Part shown: positions 63,801-64,000 of the stretch, one piece after another
Position numbering within the stretch: the stretch's first letter is position 1
Layout: every line of letters starts with the position of its first letter
DNA from: Camelus dromedarius
Taxonomy: Eukaryota
Length of the DNA stretch: 64,000 nucleotides
Direction of reading: 5' to 3'
Assembly (NCBI RefSeq): GCF_036321535.1
Contig: NC_087436.1
Coordinates: 119,600,001 to 119,664,000, forward strand
Program-made: the position numbers and the translations under genes
The notes under the pieces: model-generated
Databases searched by the model: none
What the model saw: only the letters and a program-made list of their open reading frames with translations
Told to the model about the DNA's origin: nothing

Positions 63801-64000
63801 CCCGTCAGTGGCTCCAGGCCAAAGGGCTGGTGGCGGGGACAGACTTGTTTGCACTTGTGAAGCCTGACGGTGGCCCTGGGCAGCGCTAGGCAGGGCCGGA
63901 GGTGAGTCTGTGGCTGCTATTCTGAGACCCTGCTCAGCGCTCTGCCTCGGCCCGGGAGAGGTGCCCACAGGGCGATGTCACCCGCCCCTCCGTGTCGGGC

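Larger units (their letters stand above)
23347..64000 (+). other. SORCS2: SORCS2 intron 1 (continues beyond the window)
   Basis: GTAAGT donor. No exon-2 peptide (expected to start VILILTK, from memory) is seen in the ORF track. SORCS2 intron 1 is known to be very large in mammals. Confidence 0.8.

Noticed and set aside
1..64000. CRISPR arrays, operons, rRNA genes, nested retrogene (e.g. PSAPL1)
   Set aside because: No regularly spaced repeats or prokaryotic gene organisation, and no saposin-like ORF in the track. PSAPL1, which I recall lying inside SORCS2, would be further downstream.

Overview
Mammalian genomic DNA, most likely a camelid (camel/alpaca/llama). The evidence is a tRNA-Ala-derived vic-1-like SINE, a young L1 3' end of camelid type, and no Alu, B1, Bov-tA, PRE-1 or Can-SINE that I could see. 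The window holds the 5' end of SORCS2 (VPS10-domain receptor) on the + strand. It has about 22.5 kb of repeat-rich upstream DNA, a CpG-island promoter, and coding exon 1 (22852-23346, 165 codons, phase-0 GTAAGT donor). The remaining ~40 kb is the start of the very large intron 1. The rest is old interspersed repeats (a ~6.8 kb decayed L1 with nested insertions, MaLR/ERVL LTRs, an ERV1-type solo LTR, MIR, L2, MER5, MER53), microsatellites and candidate regulatory elements. Almost all other listed ORFs are chance products of GC-rich DNA or L1 remnants. I find no evidence of a new multi-gene biological system. The most interesting items are local: an orphan intronic CpG island, a consensus CTCF site, a PBX-HOX/MEIS motif cluster, a MER53 hairpin kept paired by G-U wobbles, repeat-driven changes in the SORCS2 signal peptide and propeptide, and DNA-repair-like scars inside the L1. 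Repeat subfamily names and human comparisons come from memory and need RepeatMasker/BLAST confirmation. Repeat boundaries are approximate unless a target-site duplication (TSD) is given.
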